The notes beneath the pieces were generated by a model. It was not told the origin of the DNA and made no database searches. It worked only from the letters and a program-made list of their open reading frames with translations. A stretch of DNA of 64,000 nt from an uncultured Poribacteria bacterium (GTDB lineage: Bacteria > Poribacteria > WGA-4E > WGA-3G): assembly GCA_951813565.1 (NCBI GenBank), contig OX638351.1:4288001-4352000 (forward strand), written 5' to 3'. Position numbers and translations under genes: made by a program. Shown here one piece after another: positions 9,737-19,789 of the stretch; the first letter of the stretch is position 1, and each line of letters begins with the position of its first letter.

Positions 9737-10351
9737 TTGATGACACGTAAGACTTTCTCGGCATTTCCTGCTTGGGTTGCTTTGGGAACTTCTGTAATTT
9801 TTAGTCCGTTTATTGTACCGATTGTAACGGCTATATTTGTTGTCCAAAAACATGCGACTACAAATCAAGAAGTGATGCTTTGGCTTGCAATTGTGGCAAC
9901 ATTTGTTACGGTGCTACCGATATTGGCAATAGTTTTGCTATTTCGGTTTTCGAAGGTGAGTAATTTACATCTCCGTGCCAAAGAAGAACGACTAATACCG
10001 CTCTGCTTCACGTTAGTCAGCATGATTATAGGAACCATAATCCTTTACAAGATTGGGGCAAGTTCCAAGATCATTTGGGCGTGCATAGCTTATATTGTAA
10101 ATAGCGTTGTGTTTTCTGCTATTACACCACTATGGAAAATTAGTTTTCATACCAGTGTTACAACCGGCTGTATAATGGTCTTAGTGTTCCTTGTAAATTC
10201 TAATTTAGTGTGGCTTTTTCTTCTTGTTCCACTTATAGCATGGGCAAGGGTTTACCGTGAACGTCACACACCTCTTCAAACGGTCATCGGCACGCTGTTA
10301 GCAATTGTTAACACGATGCTTGTTTTTTATTTTCTACCGATTTCTGGATAA
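9737..10351 (+). CDS. Integral membrane protein, PAP2/phosphoesterase-like
   Basis: Multiple transmembrane segments; WKISFH and WARVYRERHT motifs. Confidence 0.7.
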   Translation: MMTRKTFSAFPAWVALGTSVIFSPFIVPIVTAIFVVQKHATTNQEVMLWLAIVATFVTVLPILAIVLLFRFSKVSNLHLRAKEERLIPLCFTLVSMIIGTIILYKIGASSKIIWACIAYIVNSVVFSAITPLWKISFHTSVTTGCIMVLVFLVNSNLVWLFLLVPLIAWARVYRERHTPLQTVIGTLLAIVNTMLVFYFLPISG

Positions 10352-10401
10352 AGTTCGTTGGTCGGGTTAAGGTGAAGAAAGTCAAATATAGTTGTTTCAC
10401 A

Positions 10402-11217
10402 CTATGGAACATTCAATGACGTTTTAATTAAAGGTAGTAGATTATCCCAGTCACATTGTAAGCAAAAATAATTACTTTCACCGATACGTTTTACTTCGCC
10501 ATTACATTCAGGGCAACTTGTGAGACGCTCAGTTTCATCAATATCTGTTTCAGATAACGGTGGAAACATCAGCAGTTGTCCTATTGGCAGAGCAGGTTCT
10601 CGACTGGCGATATGTTGTTGCACAGCTTCAATTACCTCTTGTGCATTTAAATGGAGTGGTGGTGGTGCATTTTCTGTCAGATCAATAAAGCTGCTCCGGT
10701 AAAATCGAATGGTCTCAGCATCATTGACGCGACGCATGAACACCGTAAATTTACATGGGGCTACCAAAAAAGCAGAAGAATCTAATATGTGGTGCTTCGC
10801 GCTTAAAGAAAGTTCATAGCCACCATATTCAAAGATGGAATTGCCTTGGTCCATCCAAATAGTATCTGGAGTATTCTGAAACACCTCATGGAGTTCATAC
10901 GAACGAGTGACCGACAGAATTAAGACGTATCGCTGATACGGATACTGTGATAGAAGTTCAACTGGCAGAAAAGATTGAGGTTCAGAAATTTGTTGGAGAA
11001 ATGTTGTAAATGCTTTATATGCTGCTTCCTCAGCCCTTCGTAAAACCGAAAGATTCTGTCTCTGAAAGTTGAGCGTACGCCCCTCCGACTGTGAAATCGC
11101 TGCCTCACTGATGTAAAGTTCTGTTTGGACATCAACGTCTACAGTGCTATTTAGACTACTGGGAATATGGAGACGCTGCACCGATTCTTCAGTGGTTTTG
11201 AGGACAAAAGGTAACAT
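10402..11217 (-). CDS. Hypothetical protein with C-terminal zinc ribbon
   Basis: 271-aa ORF with CPEC...CLQC near the C-terminus. Confidence 0.7.
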   Translation of the reverse strand: MLPFVLKTTEESVQRLHIPSSLNSTVDVDVQTELYISEAAISQSEGRTLNFQRQNLSVLRRAEEAAYKAFTTFLQQISEPQSFLPVELLSQYPYQRYVLILSVTRSYELHEVFQNTPDTIWMDQGNSIFEYGGYELSLSAKHHILDSSAFLVAPCKFTVFMRRVNDAETIRFYRSSFIDLTENAPPPLHLNAQEVIEAVQQHIASREPALPIGQLLMFPPLSETDIDETERLTSCPECNGEVKRIGESNYFCLQCDWDNLLPLIKTSLNVP

Positions 11218-11440
11218 AGCAATCCGTTTTACACCGTAAACTTATAGATACAGCAATTGTAACACATCCCGTTTTTCTGTTCAACCCAAAATCCTTATCT
11301 ACATTTTATTTGTATCTTCTGCTGCTATGTGCTATACTATTTATAGGCGTTACGCCAACTATATATCTTCGGTTTTCGTATGTCCCTGATGCATACCAAG
11401 CTTTATTCCATTGAACTGAAATTAAGAAAGGACACAGATT

Positions 11441-12187
11441 ATGTCAGGACACTCTAAATGGTCAACAATTAAACATAAAAAGGCGGCAAACGATTCTAAA
11501 CGTGGCAAACTTTTTTCCCGGTTAATTAAGGAAATTACGGCTGCCGCACGTCTTGGTGGTGGAGATGTTGACATGAATCCCCGCCTTCGTACCGCAATTT
11601 CAACAGCAAAGTCAAGTAACCTTCCTAATGATAACATTGAAAAGGCGATTCTTCGTGGCACTGGCGAGCTTGAAGGAGAATCTTTAGAAGAAGTCGTCTA
11701 TGAAGGATACGGGCCCGGCGGTGTCGCGCTCATAATAGAGGTGATAACTGACAACCGTAATCGTACCATTGCCGCCGTTCGACATGCGCTGAGCAAGTTT
11801 GATGGTAGAATCGGTGAACGCGGATGTGTCGCATGGGGATTTGATAAATGCGGACTCATCGTTGTTGATGCAGATAGTATTGATGAAGAAGAGTTGTTTA
11901 TGGTCGCTGCAGATGCTGGTGCTGAAGATTTAACACCCTTGGAAGGGACTATTGAAATTATCACACCATTCGAACAGTTTGATAACGTCGTCACTGCTAT
12001 TCAATCCACTGACGCAACCATTCAATTAGCAGAAATCAGCATGATTCCTCAAAATACCGTTAAACTTGAAGGTAAAGAGGCAGAACGTATGCTACGACTC
12101 ATGGGGACGTTGGACGAACTGGACGACGTGCAGAAAGTTTACGCTAACTTTGACATTCCAGACGATATCCTTGAAGCAGCAGCGTAA
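11441..12187 (+). CDS. yebC: YebC/PmpR family protein
   Basis: MSGHSKWSTIKHKK, YEGYGPGG and DDVQKVYAN motifs. Confidence 0.97.
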   Translation: MSGHSKWSTIKHKKAANDSKRGKLFSRLIKEITAAARLGGGDVDMNPRLRTAISTAKSSNLPNDNIEKAILRGTGELEGESLEEVVYEGYGPGGVALIIEVITDNRNRTIAAVRHALSKFDGRIGERGCVAWGFDKCGLIVVDADSIDEEELFMVAADAGAEDLTPLEGTIEIITPFEQFDNVVTAIQSTDATIQLAEISMIPQNTVKLEGKEAERMLRLMGTLDELDDVQKVYANFDIPDDILEAAA

Positions 12188-12205
12188 TTATAGGATCCAT
12201 TGTTA

Positions 12206-12706
12206 ATGATTATTCTTGGGATTGACCCCGGTATTGCAAATACAGGTTACGGTATCGTTCAATCCAACGCAAGCCGCGTCCAACCACTTCACTTCGGAAA
12301 TATCCAAACCAGCTCAAAAACTGTATCAGAGAAACGTTTAAAAAAAATATATGATACTGTAACCGAATTGATTGCCCAGTTTGACGTAGAATCCGTAGTA
12401 CTTGAAGATGTTTTCTTCAACAAAAACGTTAGCAGTGCGTTTAGCGTTGGCGAAGTAAAAGGGATAGTAAAATTGGCAGCGGTGAACATAGGAACTCCTG
12501 TGGCAACCTATACACCATTACAAGTTAAACAATCTGTCGTTGGGTACGGGAAAGCAACAAAGATTCAGGTACAAAGAATGGTTCAGGCACTACTTAAACT
12601 TAAAGAATTACCACAACCCGACCACGCTGCTGATGCTTTAGCTGTCGCAATTTGTCACGCCCGTTCCCACAAAATGATCCAACTGCGACAAAAATATGAA
12701 AAGTAG
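12206..12706 (+). CDS. ruvC: Holliday junction resolvase RuvC
   Basis: ILGIDPG, VVLEDVF and DHAADALAVAICH motifs; operon context. Confidence 0.97.
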   Translation: MIILGIDPGIANTGYGIVQSNASRVQPLHFGNIQTSSKTVSEKRLKKIYDTVTELIAQFDVESVVLEDVFFNKNVSSAFSVGEVKGIVKLAAVNIGTPVATYTPLQVKQSVVGYGKATKIQVQRMVQALLKLKELPQPDHAADALAVAICHARSHKMIQLRQKYEK

Positions 12707-12739
12707 ATTTCACTAAACGCTGAAAGGAAACACATCAGC

Positions 12740-13336
12740 ATGATTGCTCATGTAAAAGGAACGCTTGCCTATATAGGTACAAAAGAGGTAGTCGTAGATG
12801 TGAACGGTATCGGCTATTTAGTTGAAGTTGCTGAGCGAACACTCAGCGGATTACCTGCCATTGGCGAACCTGTTACGTTTTATACCTACTATAACCAAAA
12901 TCGGGAAAATGAAATTAAACTTTACGGGTTCACTTCACGAGACGCTCTCAAAATGTTTGAAATGGCACTCACCGTCAAAGGCGTTGGTCCGGCACTTGCA
13001 CAAAATATAGTTACAAGACTATCACCTTCACAATTCCAACAAGCTGTTCTTAAAGAAAACATGGCAATTTTAATGCGAGTCCCTCGGTTGGGTAAAGAAC
13101 TCGCGCAGCTTATCGTCCTAAAGCTGAAAAGAAACATCGCCAAAATCAAATTAGAAGAAAAAGTTGACGTTGACGGCGTAGGTTCAACGCATCAAGAAGT
13201 TATTAATGTACTGGTTAACCTTGGAGCATCAGAACTTGAGGCTGAACAAGCGGTAGAAAAGGCGCAAGAATCTCTTGGTGAGAATGCTGAGCGTGATGCT
13301 CTGGTGAAGGAAGCACTCCGATATATCCGAAATTAA
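12740..13336 (+). CDS. ruvA: Holliday junction branch migration protein RuvA
   Basis: VVVDVNGIGY, LYGF and VKGVGP helix-hairpin-helix motif. Confidence 0.96.
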   Translation: MIAHVKGTLAYIGTKEVVVDVNGIGYLVEVAERTLSGLPAIGEPVTFYTYYNQNRENEIKLYGFTSRDALKMFEMALTVKGVGPALAQNIVTRLSPSQFQQAVLKENMAILMRVPRLGKELAQLIVLKLKRNIAKIKLEEKVDVDGVGSTHQEVINVLVNLGASELEAEQAVEKAQESLGENAERDALVKEALRYIRN

Positions 13337-13431
13337 TCTTTTTATTATCACAGATAATGTGAATTTTGCTAAAATGCAAAACACACTTTAAAACGAAACT
13401 GTTATGAACATCCTTATGTCAGGACAACAAA

Positions 13432-14472
13432 ATGGATAAATTTGATATTCATGATAATAGTGAAGATGATTTTGGGTACAGCCTACGTCCAGAAACTTTA
13501 GATGAATTTATCGGACAAGAAAAAGCCAAAGAACAGCTTCGTATCCACATTGACGCTGTAAAAAGTAGACGTGCTGCAAAAAGTAAGCGTACTGTAAAAA
13601 GTAAGGATTATGTGTTAGAACATGTCCTCCTCGTAGGTCCCCCAGGGTTAGGTAAAACCACGCTTGCCAAAATCATTGCTAATGAATTCGGAACGAATTT
13701 CAAACAGACAATCGGTCCAGCCCTGGAACGTCTTGACCTCGCCTCCACATTGACCAGTCTTGAAGAAGGTGATATTCTATTTATTGACGAAATCCACCGA
13801 ATGAAAAGGATAAGTCAAGAGTCACTTTACCCTGTTCTTGAAGAATTTGAACTCGATCTGGCTATTGGTCAAGGACCCGGCTCAGATGTTGTACAAGTTG
13901 ATATTGAACCTTTTACACTGGTGGGTGCAACAACGCGTGAAGGCATGCTTGAAGGGCCTTTTCGCACCAGAATCGGAATCTACATACATCTTGATTACTA
14001 CACACCTGAAGATATCCAACAAGTCATCCGTATCAACAGCGCAAAACTCAATATTGAAATAGAAGAAGACGCAGAATACGCTTTAGCACTGCGCGCACGC
14101 GGCACTATGCGAATTGCAAATAAGCTGCTTGCTAACGTCAGAGATTATGCACAAGTTAAAAGTGGTGGTGTTTTGACGCTTGATGTTGTAGAGGAAGCAT
14201 TGGAATTCTTCGGTATTGATGAAAAAGGTTTAAACGCACAAGACTACGCGTATTTCCGTGCACTAATTGAGAATTTCAAAGGTCGCGCAGGGAAAAAAGC
14301 ACTCGCTGTTGCTCTCAGTGAAGACGAGCGAACTATCTCTGAAGTTTATGAGCCACACTATATTAAAGAGGGATTCTTGATGCTTACACCAAGCGGGCGT
14401 GTCGCAACGGATGCGGCTTATAAATACTTCGGATACCCAACTCACAATCAGCCTACACTTTTTGACGTATGA
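13432..14472 (+). CDS. ruvB: Holliday junction branch migration ATPase RuvB
   Basis: LRPETLDEFIGQ, GPPGLGKTT, FIDEIH and GATTR motifs. Confidence 0.97.
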   Translation: MDKFDIHDNSEDDFGYSLRPETLDEFIGQEKAKEQLRIHIDAVKSRRAAKSKRTVKSKDYVLEHVLLVGPPGLGKTTLAKIIANEFGTNFKQTIGPALERLDLASTLTSLEEGDILFIDEIHRMKRISQESLYPVLEEFELDLAIGQGPGSDVVQVDIEPFTLVGATTREGMLEGPFRTRIGIYIHLDYYTPEDIQQVIRINSAKLNIEIEEDAEYALALRARGTMRIANKLLANVRDYAQVKSGGVLTLDVVEEALEFFGIDEKGLNAQDYAYFRALIENFKGRAGKKALAVALSEDERTISEVYEPHYIKEGFLMLTPSGRVATDAAYKYFGYPTHNQPTLFDV

Positions 14473-14531
14473 CCACTTTTATATTTCACAATTCACTCCA
14501 AGTGTGTCTTTATTTTTAATAAAATGATGAT

Positions 14532-15560
14532 ATGAAACTGACAGATTTTGATTACGATCTGCCTCCTGATCGGATAGCGCAAGTACCATTACAGCGTAGA
14601 GACGCATCACGACTCATGGTTATTGATCGAAACACACGGGAGTTTCATCATACACAATTTTCACAGATAGGAGAATTTTTACCAAACCGCTCACTGTTAG
14701 TTTTGAACGACACAAAGGTGATCCCCGCGAGGTTAATCGGAAACAAAAGAGAGACTGGTGGAAAAATTGAATTACTTCTTATTCAAGAAAAGGAACAGGA
14801 CACATGGGAAGTCCTCGCGAAACCTCGTAGAAGCCTGAGAGTGGGAACGAAGTTAGTATTCGGTGATGGTATTTTGAAGGGAAAAGTCTTAGATAAACCT
14901 GACACAGGAAATTGCATCGTCCATTTTACCTATAATGCAACATTTTCAGAAGTTATTGCTGAAATAGGGATGACACCTTTGCCGCCTTATATTCGCCGTT
15001 CACCGAACGAAGAAGATAAGATGCGCTATCAGTCGGTTTATGCTTCTACAGAAGGTGCAATTGCCGCGCCAACAGCAGGCTTGCACTTTACGCCAGAGTT
15101 GCTTGAAGAATTGAGAGGCAATGGTATACAAACGGTAATGCTAACGCTGCACGTGGGAATAGGGACATTTCAACCGGTTAAGGTAGAGAACGTCCAAACC
15201 CACAAGATGCATGCTGAATATATACGCCTTGCTGAGACAGAAGCAAAACAAATTCGCAAGGCACGCGAAGCGGGTACAAAAATTGTTGCTATCGGCACAA
15301 CGGTAGTAAGGGCACTCGAAACCGCTGGTGCGGACAGAACAATAAAACCTTTTAGTGGGTATAGTGAACTTTTTATTTATCCCGGTTATCAATTTAATAT
15401 CGTAGATGTATTGCTTACCAATTTTCATCTACCCAAATCAACATTACTAATGCTTGTAAGTGCCTTCGCTGACAGAATTTTAATACAGAAAGCTTATGAG
15501 GAAGCACTGTTACATGAATACCGATTTTTCAGTTACGGCGATGCAATGCTAATTCTATAA
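14532..15560 (+). CDS. queA: S-adenosylmethionine:tRNA ribosyltransferase-isomerase
   Basis: DFDYDLP, PLPPYI, AAPTAGLHFT, TNFHLPKSTL and YRFFSYGDAM motifs. Confidence 0.98.
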   Translation: MKLTDFDYDLPPDRIAQVPLQRRDASRLMVIDRNTREFHHTQFSQIGEFLPNRSLLVLNDTKVIPARLIGNKRETGGKIELLLIQEKEQDTWEVLAKPRRSLRVGTKLVFGDGILKGKVLDKPDTGNCIVHFTYNATFSEVIAEIGMTPLPPYIRRSPNEEDKMRYQSVYASTEGAIAAPTAGLHFTPELLEELRGNGIQTVMLTLHVGIGTFQPVKVENVQTHKMHAEYIRLAETEAKQIRKAREAGTKIVAIGTTVVRALETAGADRTIKPFSGYSELFIYPGYQFNIVDVLLTNFHLPKSTLLMLVSAFADRILIQKAYEEALLHEYRFFSYGDAMLIL

Positions 15561-15579
15561 AAACAGAAGGAGAAATATT

Positions 15580-15891
15580 ATGGCTGAAGGTGGCTCTTTA
15601 ATGAGTTTGCTTTTTATGATTGTCCCTCTGATACTTATCATGTATTTTCTGATGTTTCGCCCCGAACAGAAGAGACGAAAAAAGCATCAGAATATGCTTG
15701 AGAATCTATCAAAAGGCGATGAGATCGTAACCAATGGTGGGTTGCACGGGAAAATTCTCGGTCTCAACAACGATAAGAAGTTTATTTTACTCTCTATCGG
15801 TGAAATAAACAATCAGGAGGTTAAAGTTCAAATATCGCTAAGTGCTGTTGCCTTTCTCAAAAAAGGTGGAGAACTTATTGAAGGGGAGTAG
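15580..15891 (+). CDS. yajC: Preprotein translocase subunit YajC
   Basis: N-terminal transmembrane helix, YFLMFRPEQKR, GDEIVTNGGLHG. Confidence 0.93.
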   Translation: MAEGGSLMSLLFMIVPLILIMYFLMFRPEQKRRKKHQNMLENLSKGDEIVTNGGLHGKILGLNNDKKFILLSIGEINNQEVKVQISLSAVAFLKKGGELIEGE

Positions 15892-16513
15892 AATGTGTTA
15901 TCAATAGCTGATAGCACTCACCTTCGTAGGTTATCAAACGCGCGCGGGTTTTTTCTGGCAACACAAGTAGATCATTGTTGTGCAGAACGATTCGCGCTGT
16001 TTTCTTTGCAGAATCAATAATTTTTAACGTTGCGGCCCCTTTTTCGCCCTTGAATCGATAGAAACAGATCGCTTCTCCAATCATTTCAACCGAACTGTTG
16101 TTTTCTATGATGCGAAGTTGGTAATCTACCTGAGTTTTTATCTTCTCTGCTTCTAAAATGATGGCTGCTGTATCTTTGTGTGATGATGTCTTACAAATTG
16201 CTATCTCAACCTTGTCCGACTGAGTAAGAACTTCATAAGTCGTGTGGTGCGGAATATAGGCAACACATGCATCTCCATCAAAAACATCTGCGCGCTCACC
16301 TAAAATCCCATTCGCCTTGTTACCGTTATGACCTACCAATAGCGTGCATTGCCCTTCTAATGCAATCAAGCCTACTTCACAATCATCAGAGTGATCAAAA
16401 AATGTTGATTCGGGGGCAAGATTGAGAATGCCGAACTGCAGATTTGTGATGTCTAACTCGCCAGGGTTTATTAGGTGAGTGTATCCTTCAGCAGTTGAAT
16501 AATGCTTAGACAT
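15875..16513 (-). CDS. IolB-like (5-deoxy-glucuronate isomerase N-terminal-like) cupin protein, divergent
   Basis: EVGLIALEG, GERADVFDG and AYIP resemble the IolB N-terminal half; the C-terminal part is short and divergent. Confidence 0.6.
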   Translation of the reverse strand: MSKHYSTAEGYTHLINPGELDITNLQFGILNLAPESTFFDHSDDCEVGLIALEGQCTLLVGHNGNKANGILGERADVFDGDACVAYIPHHTTYEVLTQSDKVEIAICKTSSHKDTAAIILEAEKIKTQVDYQLRIIENNSSVEMIGEAICFYRFKGEKGAATLKIIDSAKKTARIVLHNNDLLVLPEKTRARLITYEGECYQLLITHSTPLQ

Positions 16514-17102
16514 TGGCATCAGATTCAAATTCCATTAATTGTTCAACAAGACTCGCCAATGGAAGTCCGACAACGTTGAAATAACACCCTTCAATCCGTT
16601 TCACAAACGCTGCCCCGCGCCCTTGAATTCCGTACGCTCCGGCTTTATCCGCAGCTTCTCCACTGTCAATATAGGCAACAATCTCTGAATGGCAAAGTTC
16701 TCTAAATTGGACGTTTGTCACTTCTGCCCAGGTTTTTTCTCTTTGTAATTTAGCATCAATTACTGCGACACCGGTTACGACTTTATGGCAGGTGCCACTA
16801 AGGCGAGTCAACATTTCCTGAGCATGTATCGTGTTCTTCGGTTTGCCAAGGAGTTCATTTTCCAATGAAACCAAAGTGTCAGCACCAATAACAATCCCTT
16901 CGGTATGGTACTCTACCACTGATCTTGCTTTCTGGAGAGCAAGTTCTTGGGTCACTACTTCAGAGGTTGCATTTTTGTTTGATGTAATTTCTGGTATGTT
17001 GCTGGGGAATATCTCAAATTTCAACCCAATTTGAGATAATAGATCGGCGCGGCGCGGGGAAGCAGAAGCTAAGATGAGCCGTGGAAACTTCAACATAGAC
17101 AT
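16506..17102 (-). CDS. maf: Maf family nucleotide pyrophosphatase
   Basis: LILASASPRR, GADT, GKP, DKAGAYGIQG and NVVGLP motifs. Confidence 0.96.
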   Translation of the reverse strand: MSMLKFPRLILASASPRRADLLSQIGLKFEIFPSNIPEITSNKNATSEVVTQELALQKARSVVEYHTEGIVIGADTLVSLENELLGKPKNTIHAQEMLTRLSGTCHKVVTGVAVIDAKLQREKTWAEVTNVQFRELCHSEIVAYIDSGEAADKAGAYGIQGRGAAFVKRIEGCYFNVVGLPLASLVEQLMEFESDANV

Positions 17103-17109
17103 GGTACTG

Positions 17110-17385
17110 TTATTTTAGGCAATACCATTGAGCGCTGTTTCTATCCTGAATCTGCAATAGTTCCGCGTCTATTAATTCAGTGATGCCTTTATCAATCTCT
17201 GTTTTTGAAAATCCGACTTTTGAGAGAAGCTCATCGCGATTCGGTGTTTGGAACCACTCTGATTTTTCAAGAGAATCTGATTTTCCTCGAAAAACTTCCA
17301 GAGCACTATAAAGCCGCAAAGTTTTTGCAGAAAGTCCAACGAGTGGGTTTATATTAGCGTAGAATTCAACTGATTGTGTTTGCAT
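17110..17385 (-). CDS. Small hypothetical protein, possibly a winged helix
   Basis: GAGGG RBS; lies 7 bp upstream of maf in the same direction. Confidence 0.65.
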   Translation of the reverse strand: MQTQSVEFYANINPLVGLSAKTLRLYSALEVFRGKSDSLEKSEWFQTPNRDELLSKVGFSKTEIDKGITELIDAELLQIQDRNSAQWYCLK

Positions 17386-17496
17386 TTTTCCGCCCTCAAT
17401 AACTATAGATTACCTGGTACATTAGTAATAACGCCTTTATCAAAAAATTGGTTACAAAAATATAACTTTGTACAGAATATTTGCCAATTCTGTATT

Positions 17497-17607
17497 GTAG
17501 TTGCACAATTCACGCGTCCTTACATTTTGTAGGAGCGACCTCCTGGTCGTGACATATTTCCTAATCCACGGAATCTACGTAATCCGACAAATCTGAGATT
17601 CAAACAA
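17497..17607. repeat. REP cluster
   Basis: Degenerate GTAGTCGCGCAATTC-type REP, GTAGGAGCGACCTCCTGGTCG (also at 34385-34409 on the minus strand) and an aatcc...gattcaRacaa repeat. Confidence 0.7.
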
Positions 17608-17707
17608 TTACCAATTACTTACACCTCATCTTAAAATCGGACTTGACAAAAATGTTTGCATAGGGTAAAGTATCACAAATCCTGATATTGGCAAATGGAG
17701 AGTAAAG

Positions 17708-18967
17708 ATGTCAGAGCGTTTAGCAATAGATGGGGGAACACCTATTATCGCAGAACCGATTCCAGGGGGAATGCACGGACCGAGTGTCATAGACGAACGT
17801 GAAATTGATGCTGTTACAGAAGTCCTACGAAGTGGAAAACTCTTTAGATTTGTTGAAAATTCTAATGTAGCCGCCTTTGAGCAAGAAGCGGCAGCACGTC
17901 TCGGTGTCAACCATGCTTTGATGGTGAATTCCGGCACATCGGCTATCATCTGTGCACTCACAGGCGTAGGCATTGGTCCGGGTGATGAAGTTATTTTACC
18001 CGGCTATACCTTTATCGCAACTGCAGCTGCTATCGTCGGCGTTGGGGCGATTCCCGTCATTGCAGAAATCGACGATTCGCTGGGATTGGATCCAGCTGAT
18101 GTAGAACAGAAAATAACACCACACACCAAAGCAATTTTACCTGTTCACATGCAGGGTGTGCCGTGTCGTCTTGAAGCAATTCTGGAGATCGCACAAAAGC
18201 ACAATCTCAAAGTTGTTGAAGATTGTTGCCAATGTGTAGGCGGACAGTATAAAGGGAAATATGCTGGTACTTGGGGCGATGCAGGTGCATGGAGTTTAAA
18301 CTACTTCAAGATAATTACGTGTGGGGAAGGTGGTTTAGTGTTTTCTGATGATTACGACACTTATGAACGTGCCGCGTTTGCTTCTGAACCCGGTCTCCCA
18401 ATGTGGATGAGCGATTCCGAATGGCAAAACAAACCATTCTCTTGTCAAACCTATCGACCTGGCGAAATTTTAGGCGCTATTGCACGCGTGCAGCTCTCAA
18501 AACTGGATGATATTCTGGGACATACGCGTCAGCTTAAAAAGGCGTTTATTGCTGAACTCTCTGAAAACCCAAAAGGGTACATACGCCAACATGTAGATGA
18601 TCCAAGCGGAGAGTGTGGCATTAGTGCCGCGATTATCGTGCGCGACGTTGAACTCGCCAAAAAGTATACCGAGGCACTCAGAGCAGAAGGATTAGGTGCA
18701 GGCACCGCCTACAACGAAGGTTTCCCTGACAGACATATTTATACCTATTGGGATTCCATTCTGTTTAAGCATTCACCGAACGAGGCAGGTTACCCGTGGA
18801 GTGACCCGCGATACAAAGGAAATGTTGAATATTCGCGGGAAATGTGTCCAGAAACGCTTTCTATTCTCGGTCGTGCGTTAAGGTTTGGGTTTAACGTAAA
18901 TATGCAGGAGGATCATACACGGTTAATGGCAGCCGCTATCAATAAAGTTGACGATGCCCTGGGATAA
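17708..18967 (+). CDS. DegT/DnrJ/EryC1/StrS family PLP-dependent aminotransferase
   Basis: NSGTSA, GDEVI, VVEDCCQ and SLNYFKIITCGEGG motifs. Confidence 0.94.
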   Translation: MSERLAIDGGTPIIAEPIPGGMHGPSVIDEREIDAVTEVLRSGKLFRFVENSNVAAFEQEAAARLGVNHALMVNSGTSAIICALTGVGIGPGDEVILPGYTFIATAAAIVGVGAIPVIAEIDDSLGLDPADVEQKITPHTKAILPVHMQGVPCRLEAILEIAQKHNLKVVEDCCQCVGGQYKGKYAGTWGDAGAWSLNYFKIITCGEGGLVFSDDYDTYERAAFASEPGLPMWMSDSEWQNKPFSCQTYRPGEILGAIARVQLSKLDDILGHTRQLKKAFIAELSENPKGYIRQHVDDPSGECGISAAIIVRDVELAKKYTEALRAEGLGAGTAYNEGFPDRHIYTYWDSILFKHSPNEAGYPWSDPRYKGNVEYSREMCPETLSILGRALRFGFNVNMQEDHTRLMAAAINKVDDALG

Positions 18968-18995
18968 AACAGCGTTCAAGTTGAGCCTCTAAGCA

Positions 18996-19763
18996 TTATT
19001 GGATAGAGGTTGAGATAATATCAGTGCGTCTTGAGATTTCAACAAATCCTAACTTTTGTGCAGTCCGAAGCGAAGCAACGTTTTCTGCACCGCAACTCCA
19101 GACAGGAACCTTGCCAATAGCCTGAATCTGTTGTGCAACGAGAGATGCAGCTGAGGTAGCATAGCCCTTTCCTCGCCATTCCTCTAATGTGAATATACTT
19201 ATACCACCATGCAAATCCGTGTGGGCATAAGTACGGGCAATAGAGACAATGCTATCGTTCACAATTGCAGCAGCAACGAGACCATCTGTTAATACCTCTT
19301 GAGGTGTTTGAAAAGAGTATCCCTGAACTCCCGCTGAAGCCTTTGCTAAATGTTCTACATCTGCCAAAGTTAATAATCGAACCTCCTCATTAGAATAAGG
19401 ACAAACGGGCTTTAATAGAGCTTGATGGATTTCAACATTATACTTAATAGATATGCCTGTTTTTGCTGTTAAATATTGCCCAAGGGTTTCGGCATATACT
19501 GGGTCAACGTTGATAATGAGACGTTCCAAACCTGTCTGAAATTCTAACAAATGCCACAAAGCATCTACGTTTGTAGCAAAGCAGAACGCATCATCATCAT
19601 AAAACGTATCAATAACTAAAGCAGCGGTTATGTGTGGAAGATCACCGAAGACATAAGCACGACACATCCCCTGTTTCAGACAGTCTAAAACATTCAACGT
19701 TCTCGGCGTATCACCGATAACATCTGCTAAAATAAGACATTCTTCAGGTGTTAGTTTTTCCAT
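18996..19763 (-). CDS. GNAT family N-acetyltransferase
   Basis: TLEEWRGKGYA, WSC..ENVASLRTAQKLGF. Confidence 0.9.
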   Translation of the reverse strand: MEKLTPEECLILADVIGDTPRTLNVLDCLKQGMCRAYVFGDLPHITAALVIDTFYDDDAFCFATNVDALWHLLEFQTGLERLIINVDPVYAETLGQYLTAKTGISIKYNVEIHQALLKPVCPYSNEEVRLLTLADVEHLAKASAGVQGYSFQTPQEVLTDGLVAAAIVNDSIVSIARTYAHTDLHGGISIFTLEEWRGKGYATSAASLVAQQIQAIGKVPVWSCGAENVASLRTAQKLGFVEISRRTDIISTSIQ

Positions 19764-19789
19764 TGTTTTGATGAAAGGATTATTTGTGA

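Noticed and set aside
14532..15891. tgt missing between queA and yajC
   Set aside because: This is common gene-order variation, and tgt may lie outside the window.
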